This document shows positions 38,268 to 51,540 of a DNA stretch of 64,000 nucleotides, piece by piece. This stretch comes from Mobula hypostoma. Its lineage: Eukaryota. The DNA is taken from positions 6,138,001-6,202,000 of the forward strand of contig NC_086097.1 of the NCBI RefSeq assembly GCF_963921235.1, written 5' to 3'. Position numbers and translations under genes: made by a program. The notes beneath the pieces are model-generated. The model was given only the letters and a program-made list of their open reading frames with translations. It was not told where the DNA came from and made no database searches. Position 1 is the stretch's first letter; every line of letters starts with the position of its first letter.

Positions 38268-38351
38268 CACAACCACCTTCTGCTTCCTCACTAGTCTTCT
38301 GCTGCGCATTTAGTGCTTCCACAGTGTTACTGATATCAGCATCAATATTAC
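38268..38351 (-). CDS. Candidate host exon (84 nt)
   Basis: cactccatAG / GTgagg; phase 1-1, open: NIDADISNTVEALNAQQKTSEEAEGGC. Confidence 0.35.
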
Positions 38352-39277
38352 CTATGGAGTGTGCATCTTTGTCAATGAAAGGTCACCTGTGAACTGTGGA
38401 CCTGTATTTTCCTGCGAGGGCAGTGTTTTCTACCACATAATAATGTCTGATGCCTGAAGCCTGCGAATCAGAGACCCGATATCTGCAGGTCAGGGCAGGG
38501 ATGGAAGGTTTGTAACTTGGAGGCTGCCTGTGCTGGTGTTGGAAGCCTATTGTGTTAGTGAGTGTGTGAGTAGGTGGGATGGAGCAAAGGGGCTTACTTT
38601 GCTGCTGTTAATTTGTTTTGTTGCCATTGCTGTTGCTTGTGTTGCCCTGTTGAACATTGTGGACATGCTATGTTCGCTCCAGAATGTCCGCTGACACTAG
38701 TGGCTGCCCCAGCACATCAGATGTGTTGGCCGGTAATGCAAATGATGCAATTCACTATATGTTTTAATGTATGTGTACAAAGTTGAAAGTTCAAAGTATA
38801 TTTATTATCAATTAGGTACGTGTCACCGTAGACACACACTGAAATTCATTTTCTTGTGGGCATTCACAGTAAAAACACAGCAGAATCAATGAAAAACCAC
38901 ACAAAGAGGGACAACCAACTAACATGCAAAAGACAACAAAGTGAAAATACAAAACACCCAAAATAATTAGCATATGCGTATAAGCAATAACTATCGAGAA
39001 CATGAGATGAAGAGTCGTTGAAAGTGAGACCATAAGTTGTGGGAACAGTTCAGTGTTGGGGTGAGTGCAGTGGCGTATCTAAGGTATGGCAGGTATGGCA
39101 CGTGCCCTGGGAGCCACTTGAAGGGGGGGAGTGCCACTGAGCAGTTTCTATTAAAGTCTGACAAGCCATCCTCAGATAGCGAAAAAAGAATTTTCTTCAG
39201 ATGTATGATCTGTCTCTGATTATCATGGGTGAGAAGCACTCGGATGGCCTTATTTCAGAGCATTGTGTAAGAAGAAC

Positions 39278-41928
39278 ATGAAACGTTTCTTCACAAAGAA
39301 GAAGGGAAGCGGAGCTGAAGGACGGAAGAGAGGAAAGTTGGAGGCGGAGGAAGCCAAGAAGTCGAGCAAGTTCTTCATGCCCTTCTTTGAAAAGCCCAGA
39401 ACAAGTAGTTTGACATGTTCCATGGAGTCGCCTGCACCTGCTACAAGTTTGTTAGAATCCGAAGGCAGATCAGGTACAAATGCGTCACAAGCCGAGGAGG
39501 AAGTCAAGTCAGATAAATCCGAGTATGATGAGATTAACAGTGAGGCTGCCACAGAGAACGTGGACATGACAGGTGGGGAAGACAATGGTGGTGGTGGAGA
39601 TGTTGAGTTTATTGACGAGATTTTACCTGACAAGATTGAACCTGACGACACTGAACCTAGTGAACTGGATGGTGTCAAAGAGCCTCGAACTGTCATACCA
39701 GAAGTGATTGAACAGCATGACATTGGACTTCTGAAGTTTGACAAGGATACTGGAAAAGCAATTCTGCCTGACGCTTTGAGAACAGAAATAATAAAGCTGG
39801 GTTCAAAGTATTTCCAGAACAGTGAGGGGCCATTCCTACCAACAAATAACCGCTCAATGAACAAAACTTGCTTCAAGAGGAAATTGGGAAATGGTCATGG
39901 TGAGGAAGTGACTCGTTCATGGCTGGTCTATTCCCCTTCTAAAAAGTCTGCATTTTGTATCTGTTGTCTTCTCTATTCCTGGTCAGACCATCAATCCTCA
40001 TTGGAGCAGGAAAGTGGATTCAACCAGTGGAAAGCACTTGAAAGGATTAGTGTTCATGAAAATGCCAAGAATCATTGGGAATGCTTCACACAGTGGAAAG
40101 AAATGGAAAGAAATTCAGCTGGAAACAGAGGAGTTATTGACATGGTATTTTAGACACAGATTGAGAAGGAAAAGCAGAAGTGGTGTGATATCTTGACGGG
40201 AATCCTTCACTGCATAAAGTTCCTTGCGATTCAGAACCTGGCCTTGCGAGGACACAGGGAGTCACTTCAGCTAGATGATGACTCCAATGAGGGAAATTTC
40301 CTTGGCTTACTGGAACTACTGGCCATCTTTGACCCTGTCATAAAAGAACACCTCACTCATTTTGGAAAGTCATCCCGGATCCACCGGGTTTCCAGAATGA
40401 ATTCATCCACATGATCGCATCCACTGTTTACTGAGAAGCATTCGTAAAGCCAAGTACTATGGTCTCATGTTCAACTCGACTCCTGATCAGGCACACCGTG
40501 AGCAGATGTCAGAAGTAGTGAGGTATGTAGAAGTTGATTTTAAGAAAACAGTCCATGTTAGAGAGTCCTTCCTTGGTTTAATCCAGATAAGCCAGAAGGA
40601 TGCTGAGAGCTTGGTTGAAGACATCTTGAAACAGCTAGAGAAGGACGAAATGGAGCTACGAGATTGTCAGTCACAGTGCTATGACAATGCTGCCGTGATG
40701 GCTGGACACAGAAGTGGTGTTCATCAAAGAATAAGTGAGAAAAACAACCTGGCAGTGTTTGTGAATTGTGACAATCACTCACTCAACTTGGTGGGTGTAC
40801 ATGCAGCCAAGCAGGATACAATGATGGTCACCTTTTTTGCAACCATCAAAGCTCTCTGCGTGTTTTTCTCTTGTTCAACACAGCGCTGGGAAAAACTCAA
40901 AAATGCTGTGCCTGTGGTTGTTAAGTCGGAGTTTGAAACCAGGTGGAGTGCAAGGACAGAAGCAGTGAAGCCCATCAACAAGTACCTTGACGAGATACTT
41001 CAAGTTCTCCAGGACATGATAGACAATGAAAACGAGACCAGTGAAATAAGAAGTGATGCAAGGCAGCTGTACAACCGCATGTTGTGTTACGATTTTCTGA
41101 TTTTGCTAGGATTTTGGAGCAAAGTACTCATTCGCATTGACTGTATTCAAAAGAGGCTGCAGGATCCTAGCATGAACTTCCACAATGCTGTCCTGGATTT
41201 GAAAGCCCTCCAAGATCATTTTTATGATGAAAGAGAAGTGTTGATCAGTGAGGCACTCAAAGAAGGAGATGATCTCTGTCAAGAGTGGAATATTGAAGAT
41301 GAAAGACATCAGAGACAAAAGAAATGAATGGCTGATGAGAACTCGAAAGACGCTGGGTTAACAGCTGAGGAGGAAATGGAAAGAGTCACGGAGGGAACAC
41401 TCGACCATCTTCAAAGAGAAATGGACAAAAGGTTTTCTCGTTTGCACGACACTGACGCCAAGTTTGGGTTCCTTCCTGATGTTGAGGGACTGTATTATGG
41501 CGCCGACAATAATGACCTAAAGAAAAAGTGTGAAAATTTGGGCGAATTGTACAGCTCTGATGTTGATGGACAGCAGCTATATGAAGAAATTTTGGATTGC
41601 AGAATGTTGCTATCAAGGCGGGTCACATGAAAACATCAAGACCTGAAGATCTTCTTGAATTTATTGTTCATTATGGAGATGAGAGCATCTTCTCCAATCT
41701 TTGCATTGCTATTCAGATAATGCTAACCATCGCAGTTTCCATCGCCAGCTGTGAGAGATCATTCAGCAAGTTAAAACTGATACTCTGTATTTGAGAGCCT
41801 CCATGGGTCAAGGCAGACTCTGTGATCTTGCTCTGCTGAGTGTAGAAAGAGAAGAAACTGAAAAAACTGACTTTGGTCACATCATAGACCAACTTGCATC
41901 AGTGAAAGCAAGGAAGGTGCTGTTATAA
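39278..41928 (+). pseudogene. hAT transposase pseudogene
   Basis: TTF-type finger RSWLVYS...FCICC, LALRGH, GNFLGLL, YDNAAVMAG, CDNHSLNL, TRWS, SCERSFSKLKLI; has stops and frameshifts. Confidence 0.92.
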
Positions 41929-41944
41929 TTTTCATGTAGTGCCA

Positions 41945-42960
41945 TAATTTGAAGCCAGTCAAGAGCTTAGGCAAAGTTTTTGACAGCTCTTTAAGGGACA
42001 CAACATCCATTCAGGCAACCTGCACTGAATTGGATGGCTGGCTGAAATCTGTGGACAAGTCTGGCCTACCTGGGAAGTTTAAAGCCTGGGTGTATCAGCA
42101 TGGCATTCTTCCCAGAATCCTGTGGCCCCTCCTCGTCTATGCAGTTCCAATCTCGACAGTTGAAACCTTAGAGAGGAGGGTTTGCAACCACCTCAGCAGA
42201 TGGCTGGGGCTGCCAAAGAGCCTGAGCAGCATTGCACTCTATGGACACCACAACAAACTGCAACTGCCCTTCAAATCCTTGGAGGAAGAATTCAAGGTAA
42301 CAAGAGCCAGAGAAGTGCTACAGTATAGGGACTCAAGTGATCCGAAGGTGGCTAGAGCAGGGATCCAAGTAAGTATTGGCAGGAAGTGGAGGGCAGAGGA
42401 AGTTGTTCAGGAAGCAGAGGCGAGGCTGCGTCACAGGAGGCTGGTGAGAGTGGTCACATGAGGCCGAGCTGGGCTAGGATGCTTTCCAACTCCCCAAACG
42501 GACACCAGAGGGAAGGAAAGGCATCGTCTAGTTCAGGAGGAGGTGAGAGCAGTATCAGAGGAGATGAGAGCCTGCAAGGCGGTGAGAATGAAGCAACAGG
42601 GACCTTGGACAAGATGGGAGAATGCGGTTGAGAGGAAAGTGACCTTGTCTGATCTTTGGAAAGCCGAACCACACCGCATCCAATTTCTCATCCAGGCAGT
42701 GTACGATGTGCTTCCAAGCCCATCAAACCTGCACACATGGGGCAAGACAGAGTCATCTGCGTGCCCACTGTGCTCCAAGTGAGGAACCCTGGAGCACATC
42801 CTCAGCGGCTGTGCAAGGGCACTTGGTGAGGGACGGTACAGGTGGAGGCATGATCAGGTCCTGGAGGAGGTTGTATGATGTTGAAAGACCCAAAACACCC
42901 GATGATTCCAGGAGCATCACTGAAGATGTGTCCAGAGGCATCAGTAGATGTATGTACACA
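41945..42960 (+). mobile_element. HERO (R2-superfamily) non-LTR element, 3' fragment, nested in hAT
   Basis: KPVKSLG...GLPGKFKAWVYQHGILPRILWPL...CPLC..TLEHILSGC...YRWRHDQVL, then HERO-like 3' UTR. Confidence 0.85.
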
Positions 42961-43252
42961 GCAGTTAATTAAAAGATTAACGAGCTTGACTTGTATTTTT
43001 GAGCTGATATTATGGTAAAGTTATCTAAAAGATGAGTGTCAGATGTTTGGACAGGGGCGCAATTTCAGTCCTTGCCGTAGACGCTATTTTCCGTAAATAA
43101 GCCCCTGGATGAGTGAATCTATCCCCTATTGGGGTAAGCTATTCCTGAATTGTTGATTATATGTCTTCACACTCCTGTACCTACACTCTGATAATAGCAA
43201 TGTCAAGAGGGCATGTCCTGAGTGATGGGGTCTTTAATGATGGATGCTGCAT

Positions 43253-44086
43253 TTAGTCATAGTCATAGTCATAGTCATACTTTATTGATCCCGGGGGAAA
43301 TTGGTTTTCGTTACAGATGCACCATAAATAATAAATAGTAATAGAACCATAAATAGTTAAATAGTAATATGTAAATTATGCCAGGAAATAAGTCCAAGAC
43401 CAGCCTATTGGCTCAGGGTGTCTGACCCTCCAAGGGAGGAGTTGTAAAGTTTGATGGTCATAGGCAGGAATGACTTCCTGTGATGCTCTGTGTTGCATCT
43501 CGGTGGAATGAGTCTCTGGCTGAATGTACTCCTGTGCCCAACTAGTACGTTATATAGTGGATGGGAGACATTGTCCAAGATGGCATGCAACTTAGACAGC
43601 ATCCTCTTTTCAGACACCACGATCAGAGAGACCAGTTCCATCCCCACAACATCACTGGCCTTACAAATGAGTCGTTGATTCTGTTGGTGTCTGCTACCCT
43701 CAGCCTGCTGCCCCAGCACACAACAGCAAACATGATAGCACTGGCCACCACAGACTTGTAGAACATCCTCAGCATCGTCCGGCAGATGTTAAAGGACCTC
43801 AGTCTCCTCAGGAAATAGAGATGGCTCTGACCCTTCTTGTAGACAGCCTCAGTGTTCTTTGACCAGTCCAGTTTATTGCCAATTTGTATCCCCAGGTATT
43901 TGTAATCCTCCACCATGTCCACACTGACCCCCTGGATGGAAACAGGGGTCACCAGTACCTTAGCTCTCCTCAGGTCTACCACCAGCTCCTTAGTCTTTTC
44001 CACATTAAGCTGCAGATAATTCTGCTCACACCATGTGACAAAGTTTCCTACCGTAGCCCTGTACTCAACCTCATCTCCCTTGCTGA
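43253..44086 (-). mobile_element. Rex1 LINE, 3' fragment with (atgact)n tail
   Basis: LQLNVEKTKELVVD...YKYLG...LYFLRRLRSF; same family as 61993-62572. Confidence 0.92.
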
Positions 44087-44464
44087 TGCTTTGCTCCTTG
44101 AAGATGTCCTGGATGTCAGTGAGGTCAGTGTCTATGATGGAGCTGACTGAGTTGAGTTCACAACTTTCTACACCTTTTTCTGATCCTGCACAGTGTCCAC
44201 CCCCCCACCCCCAATACCAGACGGTGATGTAACTAGTTAGGATGCTGTCCACTCTCCACTTGTGTACTTGAAATGACATTAAACAACCTTGAATCTTGAA
44301 GACAAACTGTGAGCCATTGTCAGGGGACTAGTTCTTCCAGCAAGTATGCAAAAATTTTTCATCGCAAGAATGTTTTGTGATGACAGATTCCCATGGGATT
44401 AACTTCCAACCAGTTAGAATTATTATCAAAAGGGATGAGGAAATAGTCAGGAACTTTTTTTTCT

Positions 44465-45470
44465 ATAATCAGAAATCGAATCAGGCATATGTCATGAAAT
44501 TTGTTCACTTTGCCCCTACAGCACAATGTAATACATAATATAGAGAAAAAACTGAATTACAGGAATTATGTATATATAAAAATAAGTAGTGCAAAAATAG
44601 AAATAAAGAAGTAGTGAGGGCATGTTCATGGGTTCATTGTCCATTCAGAAATTTGGTGGCAGAGGGGAAGAAGCTGTTCCTAAATCGTTGAATGAGTGCC
44701 TTCTGGCTCCTGTACCTGCTTCTTGATGGTATCAATGAGAAGAGGACCATATCAATGTGTTGGGGGTCCTTAACAATGGATGCCGCCTTTTTGACAGATC
44801 AGTCCTTGAAGATGTCCTGGATACTATGGATGCTGATGCTCACGATGGAGCTAAGTTTACAACTCTCTGCAGTTTCCTTCAATCCTGTGAGGTAGCCCCC
44901 TGCCCCCACTCACACCCCCTGCCCCAGTACCAGACGGTGATGCTGCCAGTTAGAATGATCTCCATGGTACATCTATTGAAAATTGCGAGTTATAACATAC
45001 CAAATCTTCTCAAACTCTGAATGAATTATAGCTGCTGCCATGCCTTTTTTCATAGCTGCATCGATATAGAAACATAGAAACATAGAAAACCTACAGCACA
45101 ATACAGGCCCCTCGGCCCGCAAAGCTGTGCCAAACATGTCCTTACCTTAGAAATTCCCTAGGGTTATCCATAGCCCTTTATTTTTCTGAGCTCCATGTAC
45201 TTGTCCAGGAGTCTCTTAAAAAACCCTGTTGTATCCTCCTCCACCACCATTACCAGAAGCCCATTCCACACACTCACCACTCTCTGCGTAAAAAACTTAC
45301 CCCGAACATCTCCTCTGTACCTCTCGTGTTAGCCATTTTAGCCCTGGGAAAAAAACTTCTGACTATCCGCACAATCAATGTCTCTCATCATCTTATACAC
45401 TGAAGATATTGGGTCCAGGTTATTGATATTGACATCGGGTTAACTCAGAGATATTGACACTGAGGGATTT
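44465..45470 (-). mobile_element. Rex1-type fragment with a nested CR1 3' end (45066-45400)
   Basis: Homology to 29890-30245 and to 51541-51900. Confidence 0.75.
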
Positions 45471-45556
45471 GAAATTGCTCACTCATTCCACTTCTAATCC
45501 CTCTATGTATAAAAATCTCTGTGTAAGTGTATATATATAAAAGACTGGTCACTTAC

Positions 45557-45588
45557 AGTGATGTTTTCCCAGCTGTTGATCTTCATTG
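45557..45588 (-). CDS. Candidate host micro-exon (32 nt)
   Basis: gctgtcAG / GTAAGT; reads NEDQQLGKHH; phase fits both neighbouring candidates. Confidence 0.2.
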
Positions 45589-45919
45589 CTGACAGCACAT
45601 TAACTTGTCAGTGTTTCGAATGTGATCCAAATCTGATCGATATTCATAACAGCAAATTGTCGTCACTCCTACAACAGTTTGGGCCCCTGTGTAACTTAGC
45701 TAATATTGTTAGTCATAAAACAGCAACAATTACCTTATGCTTGCCCCTTGATCATTTCAAAATTCATTTCAGCAGCAATAAAATGAAATTAGAGTATCAT
45801 TTGTGCATTCACCAAACTCTGAACAGCCTCTGAGAGTGTAATCAAGAACTCCACGCACAATTGGCTCTTTATGCTTGTTCTGTGGTATTTGAAGCTGTCA
45901 ACAGAAAAACATCACTCAC

Positions 45920-46013
45920 AAAGCTGGTGTATAAATGGTACTATCAACTCTTATGTTTTGTCTCTCATGGGGTGGTCTTGACAACGTGCTGTCTGTGCAT
46001 TCAGTTTCAAGGT
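45920..46013 (-). CDS. Candidate host exon (94 nt)
   Basis: TACTAAC branch point, AG, GTGAGT donor; open: LETECTDSTLSRPPHERQNIRVDSTIYTPA. Confidence 0.35.
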
Positions 46014-46719
46014 CTTTTCACAGAACAGTTAGTAGATATATGATGTTGCTATTGGAAAAATAGGATTATGTTTGGGCCATATTGGTGATAATAATTAGCG
46101 CTCTTTTATCAAGGCAAATGGACTTCTAAGAAGGAATTAACTGAATACAATACAAAGATCCTTCTATGTTACCCCTGCTCCCGGTGTGCAAAGGAAATGG
46201 TATAAAGATAACATCAAAATCAGCCTGAAGAAATTCAGCTTCCCAGTTTTTAGATGTAAAGACATTGCATTCAATGTTACCCGGAGTAAAACCGTTCAAC
46301 CAAACTGACTGAACAACCACTAACCGCAGAACCACTTACTCGTTGTCAGACTGCACCAGAACATGTGGATCCCAGATTGGGATCTGCGGCCACCTGAGAA
46401 TCTGTCAATAGACAACCCGCTTACGAAAACATCATACTTGACTTGAGTGATCGCACTACTCTTTAGGGATAACTTCCTTCACGTTTTCTAAAAGTTTAGC
46501 TACTGGAGTTAAGTGTGGGAAAATTGAGAACAAAGTGCATTCACCAAGATGAGAAAATATTTTTTTCTATCTCGAGGATATTGAATCTTTGGGACTGTGG
46601 GATTAGAATATTCAATTGTTGCTTTGTTATTTTCTTTACAGTTTAACAATTAATTACCTGCTTGTATTTTACATGACTACTTATATACATGTAACTGTTT
46701 AGTAGTAGAGCTACTAGGA

Positions 46720-47030
46720 CTTGATCTTTCAATCCCTATGGTAAGTTGGCACTCTCGATGTTGGCAGTGGGCTTGGAGTGGTGACAAGGAGGGAGGGTAG
46801 GTACGTCATCGGGGTCATTAGGTGGGCACCCTCCTTCTTTGACGTTTCGTTGATAAGCCCGGATGTCTCCAGAGGGCTCAACGGTGCTACCTGGCGTCCC
46901 AGATACACCCCCCTCAGTTCCATACTCTCCTGTCTTCATCTTGCAGCCCAGTTGTTGTCTTTCCTTTTAATCCAAATCCATCTTCTTCAAGTATGTTTTT
47001 CAGTGGTCAAGGTATGTATATGTAATTATT
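46720..47030 (-). mobile_element. RTE-like 3' fragment
   Basis: Minus-strand ...RQDRWRVAV...APLSP-like LINE terminus. Confidence 0.45.
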
Positions 47031-47640
47031 CAGTGTCCTCTTCCCCCCCCCCCCCCAAGCGATCACAGTATGTATAAACAATTGCTCAGCATGTCCCGTA
47101 GTAGATGAAATTCATTGTATCACATTATCTGACAGGGACTATTTGATAGGTTAACTCGTATCTGGAAATTTGAATGGAAAGTTTTTTGTCTATGGTATAA
47201 AAAGAGCTGAACACTTTGCCCTGTTATCTTTTGGACTTTACTCTGTTCCTTGTTCTTAGTCTCTGCTTCTCCCAACTTCCAATTCTCTTTTTTCTGAGGC
47301 CCCCCTTTGGCCCGTGTCGACCACGCTGTTGTGTCCGAACAGTCCACATCATATGCAAGCCAGAGCATTATGATATGGAGAGCAAGCTGTTGCCCATATA
47401 CAGGCTCCCTCTCTCCACACAGCGATGAATCCAAAGAAACAGTGGAGACCAATACAGTTTGGCACCAGTAGAGTTGCAGGAGCTAAAACTCAACATTGAA
47501 CTCAATGTACAGCTGCCTTAGGGACTCCAGTTCCCGATTTTTCTTGGCGTTTACTTCTGAAGCCTTCCCCATGAGTGGGTATAGCTGTAAGGCAGTGCAG
47601 GTTTGAGATTAAAGTTTTCCTTCCCTTAGATGAGCTCCTG

Positions 47641-48328
47641 GAGGAGGAGGAGAAGATGGCGGCGTGACGCAGCTTGCGCGGCCACTCCGGTGAATGATAT
47701 CTGTAATCTGTCAAGTAGGGTGCCGTGCACAATCCTGGTTTGATGGAGACAGACGTGAGAGCATGGAGGAACATCTGGAGAAACTTCTGAAATGCCTGTT
47801 TTGCTGCCGCTGCTCCTGTGTGATCCAGAATCTCCGGAGGGGAAGGCCCCGAATCCTCGGCTTTGCTTGTTGCTCAGTGGCCGGGATGGGGTCGAAGCGC
47901 TCGGCAGAGATGGTGCTCGGTGCTCAGTGTCGAATGGCTCGTCGGAGGCTCGAAGTTTTCGGACGGACTCAGAGTCGGCTGTGGTCGGGTGCTTCCAATG
48001 CATCGACAGTTGTCGGTACCTGGAGGTTTATGGCAGGGAGAGTTTCTCCCTTCTGCCACCTGCTGTCGAGAACTATCGGGAGTTGATCGGAACTTTGAGA
48101 CTTTTTTTTACCGTTCCCATGGTCTGCTCTTTATCAAATTATGATATTGCTTTGCACTGCTGTAACTATATGTTATAATTATGTGGTCTGTCAGTGTTAG
48201 TCTTTGGTTTGTCCTGTTTTTTTGTGGTATCACTCTGGAGCAACATTGTATCATTTCTTAATGTATATATGCATTTCTAAATGACAATAAATGAGGACTG
48301 AGTGTCCTCACAATGTAATCCAATCTAA
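47641..48328 (+). mobile_element. About 670-bp non-autonomous retroposon, copy 3, inside the RTE-related repeat 47310-48535
   Basis: Same head and tail as 3130-3795; flanks rejoin to match 26700-26740. Confidence 0.88.
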
Positions 48329-49623
48329 CCACGGCTGATGAGCCCCATCTACCCGAAGCGACTGGTTTTAAGGTGCCAGTAACCCGCCTTTGCCCCAACT
48401 CCCATCAGTGGAAACAATTCCACTGGACCTAGTAGCTAAGGCACACAGTGACTTCGAGGCTATCTGAGATACATGCCATTAGGAGCATTCAACAGGTAGT
48501 GGTGGCTTATCACCATTACTACCCTCGGCCGTAACATCCTTTTTTTTCTATTGGCACTTAATAAAACAACCATGAAGCAACAAGTTTTCCTTGACTTCCA
48601 AAAGAACCTTGGATCTTAAAACACCAGAATCCAACAGGATTCTTGCAGTAAACATGGAAGCCGAGATCGAATATTTTTAAGTCAGAGGTAGATGCATTGT
48701 GAATAAGGCAGGGGATGAAAAGTTATCGCGCAGAGCTGTGATTAAAGTGAGATCTGCCATGGTGGAGTAAGTTTGAGGGGCTGAGTAACGTATTCCTGCT
48801 CCTAAACAATATGCTTTTGCATTTGTACCACCTGCAGTGCAAAAGCAACAGGATGTCCCTGTAATCAGTCATTACATAGCTAATTACAAACCTAATGAAT
48901 CACATGCTAACCTTAATTCATGGATATATTGTAAAAAGATTAGTGCAAAACAAACAGCTAGAAGAACTCAAAGGGCCAGTCAGTATTGATAGAGGAAATG
49001 GACAGTAGTTGTTTCAGGGCAAGACCCATCTCATCTGAACGGCTACTCTGACTCACTCAGTTCCTTCAGCAGGTTTCCTTTTGCTCCAGATTCTTTCTGT
49101 CTTTATACTAAGTGATTTAGGGCGTATGAGGTGACCAGGGAGGGGAAGCAGCTCTGGTGAAGGGGTTTGTCATGTCCACTCTGGGGCAGCTCGCTTGCCT
49201 TCAGTCCCCACCGAACACCCAGCTCTGAGTCTCCGAGTAGCTGTGTGCATGCGACAGCGGCCACAGCCCAGTACACCGCTTTAACAGCCGAGTTAAATAT
49301 GGTGATGGGATCTAGCGGGCTGCAGATCCCTGTAATATAGGGACCTGTCAGTCTTAGCGTGTGAAGTCAGCTCCAGCAGACTGGGCAGATTAGATTTACA
49401 GTGAGATCCTACAGCCAGGAAGGCAGTTCTGCAGAGCTCCATGAAGAGAGAACAGCATGACGAGGTGAAGAAGATGTCAGAGTAATCCATCTGTGACCAC
49501 TTCTTGTACCACTGGGCCCAGTCTTCTGAGATTGAGAGATAGGAGCTGCCCCAGTGAAACAGCTTTTCCACTTCAAAATCTCTCCTACACAGGTTTCCTG
49601 TCATTGTCTCATAACATAGAAAC

Positions 49624-51540
49624 CTTACAAAAGGAAACCAAGAAGGTCATTAAGAGAGAAAAGATTAACTATGAAAGGAAACTAGCAAATAATATCAAAG
49701 AGGACACTAAAAGCTTTTTCAAGTATATAAAGAGTAAAAGACAGGTGAGAGTAGATATAGGACCGATAGAAAATGATACTGGAGAAATTGTAATGGGAGA
49801 TGAGGAGATGGCAGAGGAGCTGAACAAGTATTTTGCATCAGTCTTCACTGAGGAAGACAGCAGGATACCGGACACTCAAGGGTGGCAGGGAAGACAAGTG
49901 TCCGCAGTCACAATTGCGACAGAGAAAGTACTCAGGAAGCTGAATAGGCTAAAGGTCGATAAATCTCCTGGACCAGATGGAATGCACCCTCATGTTCTGA
50001 AGGAAGTAGCTGTGGAGATTGCGGAGGCATTAGCGATGATCTTTCAAAAGTCGATAGATTCTGGCATGGTTCCGGAAGACTGGAAGATTGCAAATGTCAC
50101 TCCGCTATTTAAGAAGGGGGCAAGGAAGCAAAAAGGAAATTATAGACCTGTTAACTTGATGTCGGTGGTTGGGAAGTTGTTGGAGTCGATTGTCAAGGAT
50201 GAGGTTACAGAGTACCTGGAGGCATATGACAAGTACTCAGCATGGATTCCTTAAAGGAAAATCCTGCCTGACAAACCTATTACAATTTTTTGAGGAAATT
50301 ACCAGTAGGCTAGACAAGGGAGATGCAGTGGATGTTGTATATTTGGATTTTCAGAAGGCCTTTGACAAGGTGCCACACATGAGGCTACTCAACAAGATAA
50401 GAGCCCATGGAATTACAGGAAAGTTACATACATGGATAGAGCGTTGGCTGATTGGCAGGAAACAGAGAGTGGGAATAAAGGGATCCTATTCTGGTTGGCT
50501 GCCGGTTACCAGTGGTGTTCCACAGGGATCAGTGTTGGGGCCGCTTCTTTTTACATTGTACATCAACGATTTGGATTATGGAATAGATGGCTTTGTGGCT
50601 AAGTTTGCTGATGATACGAAGATAGGTGGAGGGGCCAGTAGCGCTGAGGAAACAGAGAGTCTGCAGAGAGACTTGGATAGATTGGAAGAATGGGCAGAGA
50701 AGTGGCAAATGAAGTACAATGTTGGAACGTGTATGGTTATGCACTTTGGCAGAAAAAATAAACGGGCAGACTATTATTTAAATGGGGAAAGAATTCAAGG
50801 TTCTGAGATGCAACAGGACTTGGGAGTCCTCGTACAGGATTCCCTTAAAGTTAACCTCCAGGTTGAGTCAGTAGTGAAGAAGGCGAATGCAATGTTGGCA
50901 TTCATTTCTAGAGGAATAGAGTATAGGAGCAGGGATGTGATGTTGAGGCTCTATAAGGCGCTGGTGAGACCTCACTTGGAGTACTGTGGGCAGTTTTGGT
51001 CTCCTTATTTAAGAAAGGATGTGCTGACGTTGGAGAGGGTACAGAGAAGATTCACTAGAATGATTCCGGGAATGAGAGGGTTAACATATGAGGAACGTTT
51101 GTCCGCTCTTGGACTGTATTCCTTGGAGTTTAGAAGAATGAGGGGAGACCTCATAGAAACATTTCGAATGTTAAAAGGCATGGACAGAGTGGATGTGGCA
51201 AAGTTGTTTCCCATGATGGGGGAGTCTAGTATGAGAGAGCATGACTTCAGGATTGAAGGGTGCCCTTTCAGAACAGAAATGCGAAGAAATTTTTTTAGTC
51301 AGAGGGTGGTGAATCTATGGAATTTGTTGCCACGGGCAGCAGTGGAGGCCAAGTCATTGGGTGTATTTAAGGCAGAGATTGATAGGTATCTGAGTAGCCA
51401 GGGCATCAAAGGTTATGGTGAGAAGGCGGGGCAGTGGGACTAAATAGGATAAATGGATCAGCTCATGATAAAATGGTGGAGCAGACTCGATGGGTTGAAT
51501 GGCCTACTTCTGCTCCTTTGTCTTATGGTCTTATGGTCTT
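49624..51540 (+). mobile_element. Young CR1, 5'-truncated, long ORF2 with one frameshift
   Basis: ORFs 49493-50254 and 50169-51443; QHGF, DFQKAFDKV, GVPQGS, FADD; (ttatggtc)n tail. Confidence 0.95.

Larger units (their letters stand above)
39068..43107 (+). mobile_element. hAT DNA transposon (Tip100/ZMYM1-like), both ends present
   Basis: Imperfect 17-bp TIRs cagtggcgtatctaagg / ccgtaaataagcccctg (13/17); 8-bp TSD ggtgagtg / gatgagtg. Confidence 0.92.

Noticed and set aside
39263..41928. Domesticated ZMYM1-like gene
   Set aside because: Multiple stops and frameshifts, with TIRs and TSD still present.
42880..42935. CTGAAGA in the HERO 3' UTR as a hammerhead
   Set aside because: No stem II-GAAA follows; better read as a terminal hairpin.
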